A stretch of 54,938 nucleotides of DNA, the filler included, from Porpidia crustulata (lineage: Eukaryota): assembly GCA_964255105.1 (NCBI GenBank). It is 3 parts of 3 records of this genome, joined end to end, with 100 filler letters (N's around TTAATTAATTAA, not from the genome) between each part and the next. Parts side by side here need not be neighbours in the genome. Positions count along the whole stretch, not along the records: positions 1 to 18,276 come from CAXUWE010000185.1; positions 18,377 to 36,608 come from CAXUWE010000186.1; 1 more part is not named here. The stretch is one strand, 5' to 3'. The notes under the pieces were generated by a model. That model searched no databases, had not been told where the DNA came from, and saw nothing but the letters and a program-made list of their open reading frames with translations. A program made the translations under genes and the position numbers. Positions within the stretch are counted from its first letter, which is position 1. Each line of letters opens with the position of its first letter. Below, piece after piece: positions 17,648-30,717 of the stretch.

Positions 17648-18276
17648 GAAAGCGATTGTGTCCACTAAAGGAAAAGTAATGATTGCTGTCTTGCAGCTCA
17701 CGTTATTACCTGAAGAATAGGTACCATCAATTAGAATAATGATAAATGCCAGGAGACCTTTGATGTCCCAAACGCTAACGAGGCAAAAACCCCATGTCCC
17801 ACGACCCAAGGCAACAATCCATCCCTAAAACATCAACCATCAACAAACCCCCCCCTCAAAGATGCAAAAAACATGCCGATTCAATTCAATCCAACCGTTA
17901 TCCCTCCTTTTTTATCCACGAAACCAAGAAACAACAAAGGAATTTTCGGCCCGCTTGCATATACGACGACACCCGGGGAGGGGGGAGACCTCCGCCTCGA
18001 GGAGGCTGGGAGAATCGAAAAATATGGACGCTCAGAAATCGAAGAGGTTCTATCGGTGGAGATGGATTTTGGTTGATGGGGTAGGGAGGGATTGAAGCTG
18101 TTTGAGACGAAACGGGGGGGTGTCCGGCGGGTAATTCTGGATGTGTAAGTACGTGTGTGTATGTGTGTGCCTGCATGGAAGTCCGGATGCGCGCTGCTCG
18201 GTCGAAGAACACCGACCTACCACTTCAGAATATATACCATCTCACACAAGAGAAAGAAATTAAACGGGCCGTTTCC

Positions 18277-18376
18277 NNNNNNNNNNNNNNNNNNNNNNNN
18301 NNNNNNNNNNNNNNNNNNNNTTAATTAATTAANNNNNNNNNNNNNNNNNNNNNNNNNNNNNNNNNNNNNNNNNNNN
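18277..18376. other. Assembly gap with artificial spacer (44 N + TTAATTAATTAA + 44 N)
   Basis: Palindromic 12-mer giving stops in all six frames, centred in exactly 100 bp. The identical construct occurs at 36609-36708. Confidence 0.95.
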
Positions 18377-18425
18377 GAAGTTGGTCGATTCAAGTCTATC
18401 GCCTTAACCACTCGGCCAAAGTGTC
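18377..18425 (-). tRNA. tRNA-Ser(UGA), 5' half plus start of an intron; 3' part lost in the gap
   Basis: Reverse complement GACACTTTGGCCGAGTGGTTAAGGCGATAGACTTGAA-TCGACCAACTTC gives an acceptor 5' strand, a Ser-type D arm/A box, anticodon stem ATAGA and loop CT-TGA-A. Non-pairing sequence follows at the canonical 37/38 intron position. Confidence 0.82.
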
Positions 18426-18870
18426 GAAATATTTCCAGAAATGTTCTTATTACAAAAGATAAATTCACAAAAAAAAGTGAGGAAAGCCCAAGGTGGGGTT
18501 TAAGCTGCGAGGTCCGTGGAGGGGTACGCGGTTGGCAGATGCTCACGCACGGAAAAGCGTAGGACCTTGTGGATAAAACATAAGTCCATTCGAATGCTCT
18601 TCGGTACACTACAACAATCGCACGGGTCCAAAAACCCCAGAGTGCCGTCGCCATGCCATGCCATACCATTTTCCCACCGCTGCAAAACTCCCTCACATCA
18701 TGCGCTGCTCCCCCAGGCCCCCCCCCCCTGCAAAAAACCCAAAAAAAAAAATTGTTAAAAAGAAGAGAGAACAAAANNNNNNNNNNCCGCCCGCCCTTCC
18801 AAAAAGCCAAAAATCAAAGTTGGTACTCTCGATGCTACGCTAACCTATGCATCGATCCTCGTGACAAGTC

Positions 18871-21399
18871 TTAGCCGGAGAATGCCAAACGTCCGAGGTT
18901 GAGCGCCGGTGCTTCGGGCTCCTCCAGGTCCGACGCTTCCTCCTCCGAATCGGGGATCATTGCATCTTCGCTGCCCTTGGTGGACGCTAGTTGTAGACCT
19001 AGATTATTGGGAATATTGAGTGCAGTGACGTTTGGTGGAAGGATGTCATCCGCTGTGCTCTCCGTGCCCAGGCGTGAGGGCTCTTCTGTAACGCTACCAC
19101 TGGAACCTAGACGGGCGATACATGACTGAGTTCTGGTCAAGGCGCCGGCTCCTAGCATTTGCAGCAGGGTCATGCTACCGTGCCGCCGCAAGGGAGGTTT
19201 TGTCTTATTATGTAGGAGGCTTTGATATTCTCCGGGTTTCACTTTGTGCTCAACTGCTTTACGCTGCAGTGGAGGGCGTGGCTTATCCGCGGCTTCCATT
19301 TCCAGAGCCGTTAGTTCGGCCACACCTGGATCGCCGGACGTGGTAGGAGTTGAGGAAAACGAGTCCAAGGCGCTTCGACCCGACGTGCTTGTGGTAACTC
19401 TTGGCTGATTTGGTTCCTGACAGTCCGTACCTTTGGAATTATGTGAATCTCCGCTTCGTTGGTGCGGATATTGTTCTGTGGCTGGTTGATACGAAAACTT
19501 TTCAGCGAGAGCAACCGTCTTGGACTTCGCTCGGTCGGGTGAATCAGTAGTGGATAGTAGCGGCGAGGTAGAGACGCTCGTGGTGACTAAAGTCGTGTTC
19601 TTTGAGCTCATCGAAGTTGTGGCTGACTGTGGATCTCGATAAGTAGAGCTAATATTTCGATGCAATGTAGGTAAGTGGTTCATTGTAGATTCAGCGCTCT
19701 TATCCTCGAATATCTCCAATCTTCCTCTATTACCCAAGACAGGACGATCTGAAACATCCGGCAACTCAGCCATTACATCTTCAATCGAATCGTCAGACCA
19801 TATGTTGATCTTTTGGTCTTTCTCCCGGATCTTCCCATTCCTCTTGAGGGACGGACTTGGATCTGGCACCGGTGGAGTGAAGAACCGGCTCTTTTGCGAA
19901 TCTCCCTTAATGAAGGCTTCAGGTAGCTCTGCCTTTTCTTCAGATTCTATGCATAGCCGTCGGCGCTTCTGCGCATGGGGAGCGGAGAAAGTAGAAGCTG
20001 GGCCATGAGGATGAGACGGCATAGCGGGCGATGGCATCGATGCACTGGAACGAGGTAGCGTTGGCGGAGCCAGCGCTGGGCTTGACCGCCAAGACCTAGA
20101 CGTTTGCTGTAGAAGCCGCTGCTGACTGGGAGAGGGTTTAAAGCTGTTGGGATCCAGCTCCGCCAACGGTGTTCGTTCAGATTTGAAGAATGTCTTGATT
20201 GACTTATTCGCTTTCAGGTCCGAAGGAGTGCTCAAAGATTCTTTCAACGACTTTCCCCATGGTGTCCTTGGCAAGCTTCTAGATTTACTCACCACTGTAA
20301 TAGGTTCCTTGGTCATCGGATGGAGGTCGCCGGTAGCTACGCCAAGAGCAACATCTCGGTCAACAGCATTCCCTATGAACGCTAATTCCTCAGGCTCATT
20401 CTTAGTGGCCATTTCTGTATTCATGACGACATCATTTACTAAGGGACAAAATACACGTTGGTGGAGAAATGTCAATTCGGCCTTCTTGAAAGCTTCCAGG
20501 TATCCAATTGGAATAGTGTACTGACCATCGCATTTTAGCATCTGAAGGATTTTCTCGATCGTTTTGTACTTCCTCACATGTCGATAAGCAGTCTTCAGTC
20601 CCATCTTATTTATATTAGTCAAGTAATCGCAGCCGCTGAGAATTGCCATCCGTCGAAACTCGGAGTCAGTCCAGCCTACCAGGCTTATCTCTCTACATGC
20701 GGTAAAGTCGTTTCGATTAATCTCGACACAGTCGCCATACTGATCAAGTTTGGTGAGGAGGCATTTGGCTCCGAAAACCAAAAGGTCCGAATCCTCGGAT
20801 ATTATTCCCTGTATCAACCCCTTCCGCTCGAGGTAGGCAAGCTGAGCGTCAGCTTCGTACGGTGCAACGATATATTGTACGCCCAGCTTCTTGAGCTCCT
20901 CGATGAGCTGCCTTGCCATCTCCGGGGTAACGTCCACCGCTTTCTGTAGCTCAAGGTGTGCTTGAGAAGGTTTGCCGAGTCGATGGAGCTCCAGCCCCAA
21001 TTTCTTACTTTCATCTCGCTTCTTCGCGCGCTCCTTCTCTGTGGATGCCTTACTAGGTAAGTAATCGCCATCGAAGACCATGTATGGAGTGACGCCGAAA
21101 TGTATCAGCATTCGTACGCGGTTCATCGAAAAGTCAACAAATCTACATGGAACTTAGTCTCAGTCGAAAATGGTTCGGGGATGAACACACTTGCTTGTCG
21201 GCTTTCCCAGGGCAAGGTCAATGGCACAAGCCACCGTCCCTCTATGCAGCCAGCCATAGGCGTCAACTCCAATGGTTTGGCCCTCGAACTTTTGAAGATT
21301 ACATGGCTTGTGAATAGACTTCAGAAGCGGAAGCAGGCCTATGAACATCAGCGGTGGGGCGGTAAGTGTTCTAAGTAGCCACGCACCAGATATACCCAT
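18871..21399 (-). CDS. EXO1: Exonuclease 1 (XPG/Rad2 family); 3 exons
   Basis: MGISG|LLPLLKSI...GVDAYGWLHRG, VFDGDYLPSK, APYEADAQLAYL, SEDSDLLVFG, LSGCDYL, then a long disordered C-terminus. Confidence 0.96.
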
Positions 21400-21754
21400 T
21401 ACAAGCCTTAGTAAAGCACTTCAACCCTAGTCCAACATAGGAGCCCGTCGTTCACCAGCGTTCACAGGAACTTCTCCGTGTAGATTACTATAACAAATGT
21501 GCAAACGCAATGGACGTGACCGATCCATCATGATTTTCTATGAGTATAGTATTATCTGAGGATGGTCAAACATGGAAGCAACATACAGCTTTGCGCTCCT
21601 TTATATATTTGGCAAGGATAGCGAAGTCGCGAACGACAACGCGTTGAGAAGCGACACCAAAAGCGGTGTGGGATTCTGCCAACACAATAGATTCCCCACA
21701 TCAGTTCGCAACACGTCCCATTGCTATAGAGCTTCACAATAATTGATCGCTACA

Positions 21755-22402
21755 ATGCCGAAGAATTTGGAAAAACTACAAAAAAAGATAACAAAGAAGA
21801 AGGGCAACATCACCAGTCTGAATGAAAACAGCCGCGACTCCCAACGATTGCGCCGCGCTGGTGCGCGAGGGGAGAAGCTAGGGAGATTGGCGGTCGCGAG
21901 GGCAAAGGCAAACCAGCCTCATAGTGCGCTTCGGTTCTCTTTCAGTGGTTCTTTTCGTATGATGCTCACAGAAGCAGTGCAAAGGGTGGCATTCTTTCAG
22001 GGAGCCGCCAAAGCAACAGACCAACCTATTCAAGGTCAAAAAATCCAGAGTCTCATACAGAGGTCAGTTGGCTGTAGCAAGACTAGTCCTTTGGATTGCT
22101 GGAATTAAACGTTTACTAGATACATAAATCGCGATGACGAGGAATTAGCAAGGTTCAAAGAAGAGCGAAGGCCTGGCAGGGCCTCGAGTACCAGGGAAGA
22201 TCTACTGAAGCAGCGGGTGGCGGTTGAGGAGCGAGAATACGTCTCAGGCTTTTGGATGCCAGACTTAGAAGATGAAAAGAATCTAGGGCTGCTGCGGAGG
22301 TGGGATGGGCTGTGGACGTCTCTCGGTACTCTAAACTACGTACGTGTAGCCCGAGATGGAACAAATCATATATCTAGTTTCCCGCCAAAGGGACAATCAT
22401 GA
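21755..22402 (+). CDS. TMA16: Translation machinery-associated protein 16; 3 exons
   Basis: Basic N-terminus MPKNLEKLQKKITKKKG...NSRDSQRLRRA, then YINRDDEEL...RRPGRASSTREDLL, EYVSGFWMPDL and FPPKGQS*. Confidence 0.85.
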
Positions 22403-22557
22403 CAATTGGCCCAACATTTGGAGTTTGCTGAATAGCTTAATTGATTGTGAGACGCAAGCAAGGTTGTTGACTAATATCTAGTGCTTGGTGACGCCCAAGA
22501 GCCTATCCACCTACTTTCACAAGCATTTATTCATTCATCTTCCTTCTAATCCCCCAT

Positions 22558-23147
<590 letters not shown>

Positions 23148-23815
23148 TCAGCTTTGTTCGCAGTGACATCGATATGTATGAGAGCAACATAGTGCTATTT
23201 GTAAGCAAATGCCGAAGCTTACCTCGACAAAATTGTCGTCCTCAACCTTCAGCAAAGATGCTTACAAAATGTGCGGAGGGCGGACATTTGAGGAAACTCC
23301 ATCGATGTGGGCTTCGCTTGGCTGTGCGCTAAATTAGCGCATGTGCTAAGCCTTGTGTAAGCTCGCGTGTTGCCCAGCACAACCAAGTATCTGTGTATTG
23401 ATTGTCCGGTTCAACAACTCTTCATCTATTCCAGTACATCTTACGATCTCCGAGATATAATCCAGAGGATAAAGTCAAGAAAATAATTCGACATTAGAGC
23501 CTAAGGTTACACCACTCTACTTCAACTATCAGATCCGGCAATACACCAGGAGCTTCGATCCGTGGAAAGCTCCTACCTAGGAAAACCTCAACATACCTCA
23601 ATCGCCTGATAAAGTCTTTACTAGACTGGTGAAAATTTAAGAAAATCACTTTGCCCGGCCGAACGCCCTGCGCTGCGTGAGGTATGAGCCGCTAGCTCCA
23701 AAGCTTTGAAATCTAGGAGTATAAGAAACTAATCTTTCCGTGGTAGTCTCGAGCCACGAAGGATCCCCGTACATCTTCGACAATTCCCGATTCGAACTCG
23801 ACTCGCATCTTCACC

Positions 23816-26112
23816 ATGCTGCCTAATCAATCTTCCGACCTTCCAATAGGATACCATCGACGACAGACCTCGACACCCACGGTACCCATCGCCCCGAAGG
23901 TCCCCCTTTTCCCTGCAACGCAACCACGACACGACAACCACCGACGAGGTCTAAGCCTAGATCAAGGGCACTATAACGACAGACCGCAGGAAACGTCGCA
24001 GCAGGACGAAACTACAGTAAGTATTGACCAAGGACTACAACAAATTCAGCAGCATACTTTGCGAGAAGCGCAGCAGCAGCACTCAATGGCTCGACCGGGC
24101 CAAACAAATGACCAAGAAACACTAATTCAACGCAAGAACAACTCAATATACATCAAACCCGCACCAGAGCAGGGATTTAGTGTAGGAAATATTACAGGCA
24201 ACGACTTTTCCAATCCTTTATCGGACTCGAAGAACGATTTGCTCGACTTCATCAACGAGTATCAATCAAAGACAAATAACCTTTGTAGCCATCCCACTAA
24301 TTCCGCCGGATATCTCGAAGGCCTCGGAAATGAAACAGATGTAAACAGCCAAGACAATACACGCACCACGGAGTTGAACGCATTTGAGATGCTGTTCGAC
24401 GATGGCTTACCCCGTAGAGAGTTGGTGCGGCCCTCTACGCCCGTGAATTCGGTGAACACGAGTGAGCCATATCTTTGACAGAGAGCAAAACACAAAGGTA
24501 CTAATTGCATGAAGGCTACTTTCCCGTGACACCTGCAACAACCCCATCCACAAACGGTACGAAAGCGCAGCGAGCTCCACAGAGTCGCACAGCCGGGTCA
24601 TCCCCTGTGAGAAGAGATCCGAATAAGACCATCAAAGCTTCCCACGCAATGCAGCGAGGCTCATCTTGGCAAGATTCGTTCCCAGAACAGGGCAGCTTTA
24701 CGGTAGGCTCCGCGCTTCCATCCCCACCAAAATCAGGCCGTCACAAACGACCAAAATCGTTCGATGTTTCGGCCATCCCTCCACCCGATTTTCTTAGCCT
24801 AGAAAGTTTGAGAATGGAGTTCCCATCAGTCAGTAATGAGTACGATGCTTCCGACTACTCACCAATGTCAAATGCTTTGTCCCCAACGCTCTCCTCGTTC
24901 CAGCCTTCACCTGAATTAGCTCATATGTCGCTGTTCGGGAGCTTAGAGGGTAATATGGCAGACTTCCCGTCTGGTTCTCAGACACCCGGACTGTCTGTTT
25001 CGCAGAGTGCAGTGGATTTAAGAACGCACACATTACCCGTCAGGGGAGTATCGAAGTCGAGATCACGGTCCATTCTAGAGCTAGACACTGAGATCGATGC
25101 TTCGGTCGAAGACACCGGCGTTACATCCGACGAGATCGCAGCGTTCATTTGCGGTCCAGATCCAGCTGATCAGAAATGGACATGTATTTATGATGCCTGC
25201 GGCAAGAAATTCGGGAGAAAAGAAAACATCAAATCGCACGTCCAAACTCACTTGGGAGATCGACAATTTCGTTGCAATCATTGCAACAAGTGCTTTGTTC
25301 GCCAGCATGACCTCAAACGTCACGGGAAAATCCATAGCGGCGTCAAGCCATACGTATGTCCCTGCGGCAACGGATTTGCCAGACACGACGCTCTAACACG
25401 ACATCGACAACGAGACACGTGTGTGGGAGGGTTTGGCGGAGTAGGTCCCAAACAGCCGGCTAGACGTGGAAGACCCAAGAAGATGCGACCGATCACGGAA
25501 GAGAGACTTGAGAAAGCGGCAAGGACTCGGCAGCGAGTACTTGAAAAAGCATATGCATCTTCCATCTCCGAATCTTCAGAAGGCTCATACCCAAGCCCGC
25601 CCGAATTCCTCGACGACATGCAAGTGTGCGAGACAAATACTTATGACAACGTCGACTCGTTATCATCAATGTCAGATGCCTTGCCCCCCGACTTCTTCAC
25701 CTACACACCTCCCACGTCTCCGAGCTTCAGCACAGGGAATTGCTACTCATCACACCACTCCCAACACTCGCAAACTCCGAAAGCGGGGAGTCTAAGCCCT
25801 TCGCCAAGGGCGGCAACGCTGATCACAGACGGTTTAGATAGCGAATTGAACATGATCACTCAGGCCATGTCACGGGAAAGTTCGGCAACTGGATCGGATG
25901 CATCGTCGGAGCCCGATATTGATGTGGACAAGATATTCCAAGATCTCCTTGGGCGCGATACTTTGAGCAATCAAGCTTCCGATCTTACCCTCTTTTCGGA
26001 TAAATTCAACGACTTTCCGGGCGATTTCGAAGACCCCCTCGCCAACCCGTGGGCAGATGTTGGCACGGCAAGTTCGACGCAATTTTTTGATCAAGAGCTC
26101 ACGATGATGTAG
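23816..26112 (+). CDS. ACE2: C2H2 zinc-finger transcription factor, Ace2/Swi5-like
   Basis: Fingers WTCIYDACGKKFGRKENIKSHVQTHLGDRQFRCNHCNKCFVRQHDLKRHGKIH...CPCGNGFARHDALTRH, an AT-hook-like RRGRPKK, and N-terminal HRRQTSTP/HRRGLSLD. Intron about 24462-24514. Confidence 0.88.
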
Positions 26113-27629
26113 GAGGATGCAATGGTACTTGAAGGGTATTGAACGGGCAGGGATCGGTTGGGACGGAGTTTTTTTGCAAGGAGTTTCTGTAGCAATGGAA
26201 AGCAGATAGATGTAATCAATCAGCAATGTTCAAAGCCGAGATTTCTTGTACCGTGCATTGAAAGGGCAGGACCCATAGTCACCTATCGCTTATTCTGGAC
26301 GGTTCAAGTCGACCACTGTTTCGCATCGTTGCCATTATGCAGCGGATGCTCTTCGACCATAAGATCAATGCAGAAACTCTAACGTGAGCAGTTCTCTGTT
26401 TCTTTTGTCAACGGATTCATTCGTGAGTTGTGAATACAGCTGAATGACTTGGATGGTGGTGAATGATAAGCACTTGATCCCATCCAGTTCATGATTAAGA
26501 TACGAAACCGGTAAAAGATGACAAGTGCTGGGTATTGCATAACAGCGGCATTGCGATCCTCCGCTTTTGCACAAAACGCAACCGATGTTGACTCAGCACT
26601 CAGTGACAGGCAGGGGTCGGGTGGTCTTACCCGCACAACACCGTCTCAAGAGGGAGCCGCTGATTACGCAATACTCTACTGTCGATCTATTTATGACGGT
26701 GGCGGTGCGAGGCTTCTGTTTGCTTACAACTCAACAAAAGAAAGTGCTATAGCAAAGGTATTACGACCAACAGCTCCGAGAGCGCGTGTACAAATTGATC
26801 GTTTGAAGACTAAAATTGAGATTGAAGTTGAAATTGAAATTGAAGGCGCGTGATAAATGGTAATAATTCCGACGCGGATGCGGATGGAGATTAAGAGGAA
26901 AAGCAAAGATTAGATTGCGAATTTCTCCATTTTTGACCAACTGGCCAATTATGATCAGCCATGCCAAGCCTTTGTAAGCGGACATAAAAGCATGACCAGC
27001 ATGACTGGACTGACCCGACCGGGGGGGCCCAAGAAGGCGGACTGGAAAGGGCAAATTCATTCAGTGAAAGACAGCCTCTAGTAGTCTCGTTTCGTAGCCA
27101 AACGGCTTCTTCTGTGGCTTGTTCACCGCATAGTGCTGGTGTGTGGTGGGTTATCATTATTACAACCCCTACTAATCCTGTAATTATTCCCGTAATAAAT
27201 CTTCCTGCCTCGTGAGAAAGCAATCTTCCCCCCATTTACCTCTACCTTACCTACCTTCCTCTCTCAACTCCTCACTTCTTATTGAGGCGACTAATCGTCC
27301 TTTGCTGCATCCTATTTGAACATCGATTCTTGCCTCCGGAAACTCACATCTCTTCTCATCAGATTCTACGCCTCCACACCATCACCTCGCTTGACCGTTG
27401 CAGAATCTCGAGCCGAGAGCTAGTTACAACATCCTTTCCCCAGACTCTCCGGTGCTTGTCTGGGTCACTGGGCATCATAGTTCCTGTATTCCCGCTGCGT
27501 CGGCCAGGCTTCAGGGCTGGTGTTACTCTTTTCCAGCGTCTAATATTTCAAGCAAAGCATCGTGGTGGAGTCACGTGGAGAGACAGGATCGCTCAGCTTG
27601 CGCGGCTTTGCTCGGCAGGCCGCCAGACG

Positions 27630-29094
27630 ATGAAGTCTTCTTTTCCCTCACGGAAGGAGTTCCAGAAAACTTATTCAAATGCAAAATTACCCTTCTCATG
27701 GCCTCCTTCACTACGAGCGATAATACCCCACCGCATACGGCGGAAGCTCAAGTCGAAGATACGGAGTAGACAATCGCCCTCGTCTTCCCTCGCCTCTCTC
27801 CAGACATCCCTATCTCCTGCCGATACTCTTCGCGCCTTGCGCGCGCATCGGTGGTCTTATTATGATGGACAGTACCTTATACTCATAATACTCGGCATTT
27901 TCTCTCTGTCGATAATACCTTCCCCGGGCCCTATCCTAAAAACCGCTATTTCGACCCTCATACTCATATCCCTCATACTCCCAGCCACTCGCCAATTTGC
28001 TCTGCCTTTCATGCCCATAGCGAGCTGGCTCATATTCTTCTATGCGTGTGGGTAAGAAACCTAATCTCCTTACCTCCTAGCGCCTCAACTGCAATGTGGC
28101 GGTCACGCAGAGTGATGTTGGGCCAACGTACTGGCCATCATAGCTGATGCTTTGGTTGTCTAGGTTTATACCAAGTGACTGGCGGCCGCCAATATGGGTG
28201 CGGGTGTTACCAGCTTTAGAGAATATTTTCTACGGCGCAAACCTTAGTAATATCCTTTCTGCGCATCAGAACACTTTCCTGGACATCATGGCATGGCTGC
28301 CTTACGGTATCATACATTTTGGAGCGCCTGTGGTTTGTTCCATCATTATGTTTGTATTTGCGTCGCCAGGGACGGTACCGGTTTTTGCGCGGAGTTTTGG
28401 TTTCATGAACCTGGTTGGAGTCTCGATTCAGCTGCTATTCCCTTGTTCCCCACCTTGGTACGAGAACATGTATGGGCTGGCGCCAGCTACATACACCATC
28501 AAGGGTTCACCCGCGGGTCTCGCACGCATCGACCAGCTTTTCGGCATTGCTCTCTATACTCCAACTTTTACGGGATCGCCAATGGTTTTCGGGGCTTTCC
28601 CCTCTCTTCATGCAGGTAGCGCCACCATCGAAGCACTATTCATGAGCCACGTGTTCCCTCGGCTGAGGCCTTTCTTCATTGCCTATACTCTGTGGCTTTG
28701 GTGGGCAACGATGTACCTATCGCATCATTACGCCGTGGACCTCGTGGGGGGCAGCTTGCGTAGGTTGACTTCCCTTGCCCTTTCACCTTCTAACTAATCT
28801 TTCATAGTTGCTGGGGTGGTATTCTACGTTGCAAAGTCGAAGTTCCTCCCGCGCATGCAGCCGCAAAAGATGTTCCGCTGGGACTACGACTATACGGAAG
28901 TTGGCGAAGACCCTTCGGAGAAAGGCTACGCTCTCGCAGATCTTGATGCTGGTCATCACGCTGATGCTGACGAATGGACCGTCGGATCCTCTTCTTCAAT
29001 ATCCTCGGGCTCGTTGAGTCCTGTGGACGAGAGCCAATCACTGTGGGAAGGAGAAACACTGGCATCCCATTCCGATACCGAGGCTCAACGGTAG
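27630..29094 (+). CDS. AUR1: Inositol phosphorylceramide synthase (aureobasidin A resistance protein); 3 exons
   Basis: RPPIWVRVLPALENI, CSPPWYEN, GSPAGLARID, AFPSLHA, WATMYLSHHYAVDLVGG and FRWDYDY. Confidence 0.96.
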
Positions 29095-30236
29095 TTATAA
29101 TAAAACCGAATACTTTCGGGGAACGGTCTACTTTCCAACTCCTTGACCACCTTATGAATCACGGCTACACATAACGGAAGCGTTTCGTTGAGCGTGCCTG
29201 TGCATCGCTCCTCCACTCTCTCCTAACCCTAGATCGCGAAGGGTTACTCTACGTACATACATTTGGCCTACGTTTTGGGTACTACTGGGCATCGAACTAC
29301 TATATAATATCTAATGAGCCCCACCGCCTGGGGTTCTTGGGGCTCCTTTTTCGCTTCTATGCATTACGCAGGACGCTGATTCCTAAACCCCCTTAACATT
29401 CACTTCTGGCTTGTACAAAAACATTCGCTTTTGCATATTTTCTTTTGCGTTCGGAGGACTTCTGTATAGAAAAAACCTCTTCTGCATTCGCTTAGTACTG
29501 GGTCGGGCAGGTACCACATTACTGGGAGCTTGCTGGCTCCCCTATTAGATGTTGGTGTGGGCGTAGTTGTACGTGCATGCTTTGGGTGGTCTGTCCGCTC
29601 GTCGTTCATCGATCGAGACTTACCTCGGCGTTGTTCTGGACGGCGGTATATGTACCAAGGGAACGAGAGCGGTGGCATCAATAGAGGAGGATTTGAGATG
29701 GTAGAGTAGTGGTAGTAGAAACTCGTGGCGAATGGAAGATTCTGCCTACCTACGTTTCCTTTGAACACGATGGTGAAACGTCGAAGCAATATGATTCTTT
29801 AATCTTGGGATGGCTAAACCGTCAAAAGAGAATGATGCGTATCGCATTTTTTACACCATAAAGACAGGTGGAAGGCTTGATAGGATTGGTGATTATCTCG
29901 ATCACCTTAAAGCTTGTATACAATGAGACAGATTTCATCTACTTTGAACGCTTTATATATTTGAATAAGGCTTTTTTTCAACAGGTGGGGAGACAGGCTA
30001 CCTCACTAGTCACTTGCCTTTTAGTAAGTTTACTATCGACGATTTCTTGATTGGGCGTAATTTAACAAATATTACAGCCAGTCACTACAGTGGCCCGCTC
30101 CAAAACACCAATCTTCAATCTTTGGAATAATTCTTTCTGCTGCACGCAGATTTTGTGTTTTTGGAAAACTGTAGACCGGAAAGTTTGCAAAAGAAATATA
30201 TTAGGCATTTCAACAGGTTTAAGATTTGATAAAGTC

Positions 30237-30717
30237 CTATACATCGACGGGTCTCGAATGTAAGCACCATTCCTCGCGCCTACGAACCCCCCATGATCTT
30301 CCGCCGCTCCTCCTCGCTGTACATGCTCGCGCCCTGCTTCAGCGCCGCAACCAAAACAGGCAGCGACTGTTCACCAAAGTCGCTGGCGTTCCTGACTTTG
30401 TCCAGATCGTCGGCGAACGCGGTTGTAACTTGCTGGAGGTAGAAACTTTCAAAGTCTGTTGATTTTGATGGCTGCGCTGGTACTTGCTGCTGCTGGTTAG
30501 CAGGTGCGCGTCAGGGCGTGTGAGGGAGTTGTACTGTGGGAAGGGGCTTGGGCTGCTTATCGGGATCCTGTGCTGCGGTGTTGGAGTCGGCGTTGCGCGG
30601 GGAGGGATCGATGGGTTTGGGCTTGGGCGATTTTGAGACGTTGGGTTTGGCCTTTTAATGTTTAATGATCAGAAATTACACGGAGAGTTTTATCCTTGTG
30701 ATCAATTTACATACCAT
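30237..30717 (-). CDS. RSA3: Ribosome assembly protein 3 (Rsa3-like); first exon may be the ATG alone
   Basis: C-terminal exon DFESFYLQQVTTAFADDLDKVRNASDFGEQSLPVLVAALKQGASMY matches the Rsa3 family pattern. Intron ATG|GTATGT 30652-30714. Not in the ORF track. Confidence 0.8.

Noticed and set aside
17794..18212. Overlapping short ORFs before the first gap
   Set aside because: Low-complexity, homopolymer-rich contig end with no recognisable domain or splice structure. Probably UTR or intergenic.
18321..18332. TTAATTAATTAA palindrome as a biological site such as a transposon footprint
   Set aside because: It is centred in N runs in two identical constructs, so it is an assembly linker.
22400..22435. 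TMA16 stop context TGA CAA TTG as a readthrough signal
   Set aside because: It does not match TGA-CTA or CARYYA, and the extension ends without a PTS1 tripeptide.
26444..26492. Imperfect inverted repeat ATGACTTGGATGG...CCATCCAGTTCAT
   Set aside because: Short and mismatched, with no target-site duplication or second copy. Compatible with chance.
28052..28163. Nested mini-intron or stwintron signals in AUR1 intron 1 (also PP2C intron 1, about 48965-49105)
   Set aside because: The internal unit would be about 29 nt, which is too short, and removing it does not rebuild a donor. The internal PP2C branch point has no suitable acceptor.
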